Assembly: GCA_035256765.1 (NCBI GenBank)
Contig: DATEXR010000017.1
Coordinates: 1-62,503, forward strand
Direction: 5' to 3'
Origin: Candidatus Deferrimicrobiaceae bacterium
GTDB taxonomy: Bacteria > Desulfobacterota > Deferrimicrobia > Deferrimicrobiales > Deferrimicrobiaceae
Length of the DNA: 62,503 bases
The first letter of the stretch is position 1. Each line of letters opens with the position of its first letter. This document shows positions 59,256-62,503 of this stretch, one piece after another. The notes beneath the pieces were generated by a model. It did not search any database and had not been told where the DNA came from. It worked only from the letters and a program-made list of their open reading frames with translations. The position numbers were made by a program, and so were the translations under genes.

Positions 59256-59273
59256 CGGGGATCATGATCCCCG
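59256..59273 (-). terminator. perfect palindrome immediately after the dnaK stop (attenuator or weak terminator)
   Basis: CGGGGATCATGATCCCCG is self-complementary. On the minus strand it is followed by ATTTCGGG, a poor U-tract. Confidence 0.35.
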
Positions 59274-61172
59274 CTATTTCTTCGCGGGGTCTTCGTACTC
59301 CGCGTCGACCACCTCCCCTTCCGGTCCCTTTCCCGCCGCTTCGCCTTCCGGCGCAGGCGGGGGGGGGGAAGAGGACGCCTCCTTGTACATGTGCTCGGCG
59401 AGACGGTGTGAACGCTGCATGAGTTTCTCCGCGGCCTGTTTCAGGACGTTCTCGTCCTCGGACTTCATCGATTCCTTCGCTTCGGAGACCGCGGCCTCCA
59501 CCTCGGCCGCCAGATCCGCGGGCACCTTCTCCCGGTTCTCCCGGAGCGTCTTCTCCGTGTTGTAGACGAGGGAGTCGAGGTGGTTGCGCGCCTCGATGAC
59601 GGCCTTCCGCTTCCGGTCCTCGGAAGCGTGCGCCTCGGCTTCCTTGACCATCCGGTCGATATCCTCCTTGGCGAGGCCGGTCGACGCCGTGATCGTGATC
59701 TTCTGCTCCTTGGCGGTCGCCGTGTCCTTCGCGTTGACGTGGAGGATGCCGTTGGCGTCGATGTCGAAGGTCACCTCGATCTTGGGGACGCCGCGGGGCG
59801 CGGCCGGAATCCCCTCGAGGTGGAACCTCCCCAGGGTCCGGTTGGCCGCCGCCATCCCCCGCTCCCCCTGCAGGACGTGGACCTCCACGCTCGTCTGACC
59901 ATCGGCCGCCGTCGTGAAGATCTCGCTCTTCCGGACCGGGATCGTCGTGTTCCTCTCGATGAGTTTCGTCATCACCCCCCCGAGCGTCTCGATCCCGAGC
60001 GACAGAGGGGTCACGTCGAGGAGCAGCATGTCCTTCACCTCACCGCCGAGGACGCCCGCCTGGACGGCGGCGCCCGCCGCCACCACCTCGTCGGGGTTCA
60101 CGCCCTGGTGCGGATCGCGGCGGAAGAAGCTCTTCACCATCTGGATGACCTTCGGCATCCGGGTGGAGCCGCCGACGAGCACGACCTCGTCGATCTTGTC
60201 CACGGAGATCCCGGCGTCCTGGATCGCCAGCTCGCACGGCTTGAGAGTCCGGTCGAGGATGTCCTGGGTCATCTGCTCCATCCTGCTTCGCGTGAGCTTG
60301 AGCTGGAGATGCTTGGGCCCCGTCGCGTCCGCGGTGATGAACGGGAGGCTGATTTCGGTCTCCATCACGGAGGAGAGCTCGATCTTGGCCTTCTCGGCCA
60401 CCTCCTTCAGCCTCTGAAGCGCCGTCCGGTCCTTTGACAGGTCGATCCCCTGATCCTTCCTGAATTCCGCCACGATCCACTCGATGATCCGCTGGTCGAT
60501 GTTGTCGCCCCCCAGGTGCGTGTCCCCGTTGGTCGACTTCACCTCGACGACGTTGTCTCCCACCTCGAGGATCGAGATGTCGAAGGTGCCCCCTCCAAAA
60601 TCGAAGACCGCGATCAGCTCGTTCTTCTTCTTATCGAGGCCGTACGCGAGTGCCGCGGCCGTCGGCTCGTTGATGATCCGGAGGACCTCCAGCCCCGCGA
60701 TCGCGCCCGCGTCCTTCGTCGCCTGCCGCTGCGAGTCGTTGAAGTACGCCGGCACCGTGATGACCGCCTTCTGGACCGCCTCGCCCAGGTACGTCTCCGC
60801 GGCCTTTTTCAGCTTCCCGAGCACCATGGCGGAGATCTGCTCGGGGGTGTACTCCTTCCCGCCGGCCGTCACGGTGGCCTTCTGGCTGTCCCCCTTCGTC
60901 ACCCGGTAGGGAACGAGCTTCATCTCCTCGGCGACCTCATCGTACCGGCGGCCCATGAACCGCTTGATCGAGAAAACCGTGTTCTCGGGGTTCAATACCG
61001 CCTGGCGCTTGGCCACCTGGCCGACGAGAATCTCGCCCCCCTTGCCGATGCCGACGACCGAAGGCGTGAGCCGGCTGCCCTCCTCGTTGATGATGATCTT
61101 GGGCTCCCCGCCTTCCATCACGGCCACCACGGAGTTCGTGGTGCCGAGGTCGATCCCGATGATCTTCGCCAT
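59274..61172 (-). CDS. dnaK: molecular chaperone DnaK (Hsp70)
   Basis: 632 aa with [18 protein letters not shown] and [10 protein letters not shown]. Confidence 0.98.
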   Translation of the reverse strand: MAKIIGIDLGTTNSVVAVMEGGEPKIIINEEGSRLTPSVVGIGKGGEILVGQVAKRQAVLNPENTVFSIKRFMGRRYDEVAEEMKLVPYRVTKGDSQKATVTAGGKEYTPEQISAMVLGKLKKAAETYLGEAVQKAVITVPAYFNDSQRQATKDAGAIAGLEVLRIINEPTAAALAYGLDKKKNELIAVFDFGGGTFDISILEVGDNVVEVKSTNGDTHLGGDNIDQRIIEWIVAEFRKDQGIDLSKDRTALQRLKEVAEKAKIELSSVMETEISLPFITADATGPKHLQLKLTRSRMEQMTQDILDRTLKPCELAIQDAGISVDKIDEVVLVGGSTRMPKVIQMVKSFFRRDPHQGVNPDEVVAAGAAVQAGVLGGEVKDMLLLDVTPLSLGIETLGGVMTKLIERNTTIPVRKSEIFTTAADGQTSVEVHVLQGERGMAAANRTLGRFHLEGIPAAPRGVPKIEVTFDIDANGILHVNAKDTATAKEQKITITASTGLAKEDIDRMVKEAEAHASEDRKRKAVIEARNHLDSLVYNTEKTLRENREKVPADLAAEVEAAVSEAKESMKSEDENVLKQAAEKLMQRSHRLAEHMYKEASSSPPPPAPEGEAAGKGPEGEVVDAEYEDPAKK

Positions 61173-61203
61173 ATTCCCCTTCTCCTTTTTCCCGGATTCT
61201 GGT

Positions 61204-61581
61204 TCAGTACCCTTTCAACACCTTCGATATGAATCTCGCAAGCAGATGGCCGTCCACCGGCTTGGTGACGTATCCCAGCACGCCCACCTCGACCGCCCAC
61301 ATCCGCTGCGCCTTGCTGTCCTCCGCGGATAACAGGAGGACCGGGACCCGCGAAGCGACGCGCCCGATCTTGGCCAGCGTGTCCAGGCCTCCGGACGAGG
61401 GCACGTCCATGTCGATGACGAGGAGGTCCGTCCCCCCGCGGACGGCACTGACCAGACCGGCGGTGCAGTCCGTGAAGAGCTCCGTCATGGCCCCCGCCTC
61501 GGAGAGTGCCCCCAGAAGCGGAGCCATCGGACCCCAGTCCTCTCCTTGTGCATCCGCGATCAGAACCACTCTTCGGGCCAC
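61204..61581 (-). CDS. single-domain response regulator (CheY-like receiver)
   Basis: 125 aa with a GTG start and GGGAGG upstream. The phospho-acceptor context is LLVIDMDVP. The Ser in LLLSAED and the Lys in YVTKP are conserved. Confidence 0.8.
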   Translation of the reverse strand: MARRVVLIADAQGEDWGPMAPLLGALSEAGAMTELFTDCTAGLVSAVRGGTDLLVIDMDVPSSGGLDTLAKIGRVASRVPVLLLSAEDSKAQRMWAVEVGVLGYVTKPVDGHLLARFISKVLKGY

Positions 61582-61608
61582 TTTTTCCTCCCTGCACCCT
61601 ACCTGATG

Positions 61609-61625
61609 TCCAACATCCGTGCCAA
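61609..61625 (-). promoter_or_regulatory. candidate sigma54 (-24/-12) promoter upstream of the receiver-dnaK operon
   Basis: The minus strand reads TTGGCACG-GATG-TTGGA. The -24 element is perfect, but the -12 reads TTGG instead of TTGC. It lies about 28 nt upstream of the GTG at 61581. Confidence 0.5.
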
Positions 61626-61783
61626 AGGGAGCCCCCTTGTAAGATCAGCATAACTTTCTGTTTTTAATCAGTTATTATTGGCCAATACCGGACAGGCGAT
61701 CAACCGAAGAAAAAATCGCGCCAAAATGGCGTACCTGCGCCGCCCCTGGGCTGCGCCATTTTGACGTGATCAACTTCCTGTGC

Positions 61784-61876
61784 GGGGACACTCCGGGGAC
61801 ACTCCTGATTCTATCGACGAGAAATAAAGGAGTGTCCCCACCCAGTGTTAGGAATGTCCCCCTTGGGAGTGTCCCC
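61784..61876. repeat. cluster of five GGGGACACTCC(T) / (A)GGAGTGTCCCC half-sites
   Basis: Forward copies at 61784-61794 and 61795-61806 (tandem, 11-bp register). Reverse copies at 61828-61839 (perfect), 61850-61862 (GGAATGTCCCCC) and 61865-61876. Confidence 0.9.
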
Positions 61877-61985
61877 GGGGACCGCAACCGGGGCCCCTGG
61901 CTCGCGGAGGGGTCCCCTCGGCTACGCTCGCGACCTTGCGCCCGCTCGCTGCCGGTTCCGCTCGACGCGATTTCTTCCCTTCGGC

Positions 61986-62034
61986 GGGACACTCCTCCAA
62001 CCGTACTACCGACAACCTCCAGGAGTGTCCCCCC
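61986..62034. repeat. inverted repeat GGGACACTCCT-N24-AGGAGTGTCCCCCC
   Basis: Left arm 61986-61996 and right arm 62021-62034, with perfect 11-bp complementarity. Confidence 0.9.
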
Positions 62035-62332
62035 GCCTCGTCGACCCCCCCGCATCGCCTCGGGTCCCCGGCCGACGAACAAGCCACGCGGCGCCTTCCC
62101 GGTGCGTACCCTACACCGGGGCGCCATCGGCGGAGCAGCCGAAGGACGGGGGGTCCGAACGGAGCTTTCCGGGAGGAAGGTCAAGCGCAGACTTGCGGGT
62201 TCATCGCAAGTCGAGCGACGAAGTGAGCGACCCCCCTCCGAGGATGCGGAGCGATAGCCGCCCGCGAGCCCCGGGCACCGGGAGGCACGTATAGAACCGT
62301 TGCCATATTTTGGATATGAACCACGAAGCTTC

Positions 62333-62503
62333 CTAGGAGATCCCGTACTCCCTGACTTTTCGCTGGAGGGTTCGCAGCCCGATCCCGAGCCTCTTCGCCG
62401 CCTGCGTCTTGTTCCCGTCCGTCTTCAGCAGGGCGGCCACGATGGCCTCGCGCTCGATCTCCTCGAGCGTTCGGGCCGAAGGAAGGGGAATCGGTCCGGA
62501 CGG
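62333..62503 (-). CDS. sigma54-dependent transcriptional activator, C-terminal Fis-type HTH (5' part outside the window)
   Basis: Not in the ORF track. My minus-strand translation ends ...PSARTLEEIEREAIVAALLKTDGNKTQAAKRLGIGLRTLQRKVREYGIS-TAG (stop 62333-62335), the typical C-terminus of NtrC-family enhancer-binding proteins. Confidence 0.8.
   Translation of the reverse strand, partial: PSGPIPLPSARTLEEIEREAIVAALLKTDGNKTQAAKRLGIGLRTLQRKVREYGIS

Noticed and set aside
59191-59273. GG-N10-GC (cGGGACAACCCATGCA) upstream of the first hsp20.
   Set aside because: Only the invariant dinucleotides and a few other positions match. Such matches are expected by chance in GC-rich DNA, so I did not list it as a feature.
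61784-62034. A possible CRISPR array, because a short repeat recurs.
   Set aside because: The repeats are only 11-14 nt, occur in both orientations, have irregular spacing (0, 21, 10, 3, 109, 24 nt), and no cas genes are nearby.

Overview
This is a visibly GC-rich, densely coding bacterial chromosomal segment. I support about 63 protein genes and one tRNA. There are no rRNA genes, CRISPR arrays, transposases or obvious defence islands. All family names come from motifs I recognise by eye, since no searches were possible. Many of the longest ORFs in the six-frame track are antisense or frame-shadow ORFs typical of high-GC DNA, and I rejected them.

Gene content from left to right:
- O-methyltransferase-like fragment, then cysS.
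- A nifS/iscU Fe-S operon embedded among three small ferritin-like ExxH proteins.
- tlpA-like gene, ferredoxin, Nfu and a CBS-ACT protein.
- A LysM protein with proline-rich tandem repeats, then fadD.
- A GspE/PilB-like protein with degenerate ATPase motifs.
- Nitroreductase, CorC, and an acuC/acuB-like pair followed by a zinc-dependent alcohol dehydrogenase gene.
- A heptose-like sugar cluster (gmhA, deoxyhypusine synthase (DHS)-like, GHMP kinase, FAD oxidoreductase).
- trxA, then rodA-mrdA-mreDCB.
- A ppiD-like gene, a thermonuclease and hppA.
- dusB followed by an ntrB/ntrC-like pair.
- dnaB interrupted by a LAGLIDADG intein.
- rplI-rpsR-ssb-rpsF, pth-rplY-prs, tRNA-Gln, spoVG-ispE.
- A roughly 12.4-kb same-strand chaperone/protease block: receiver-dnaK-hsp20-hsp20-dnaJ-htpX-clpA-like-DUF1844-degP-clpB.
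- The 3' end of a sigma54 enhancer-binding protein gene.

Most interesting signal: a short palindromic element, GGGGACACTCCT-N18-24-AGGAGTGTCCCC. I saw exact copies only in this stress block.
- A multi-copy array lies between the sigma54 activator gene and a sigma54-type promoter in front of the dnaK operon.
- A perfect 14-bp copy lies between degP and clpB.
- A slightly degenerate copy lies in-frame inside clpB, where it coincides with an extra ~16 codons.

Together with two sigma54-type promoter candidates, this suggests a previously uncharacterised sigma54/enhancer-controlled heat-shock regulon. The alternative is a REP/MITE-like element that can be exonised. Both readings are inference and need genome-wide and experimental checks.
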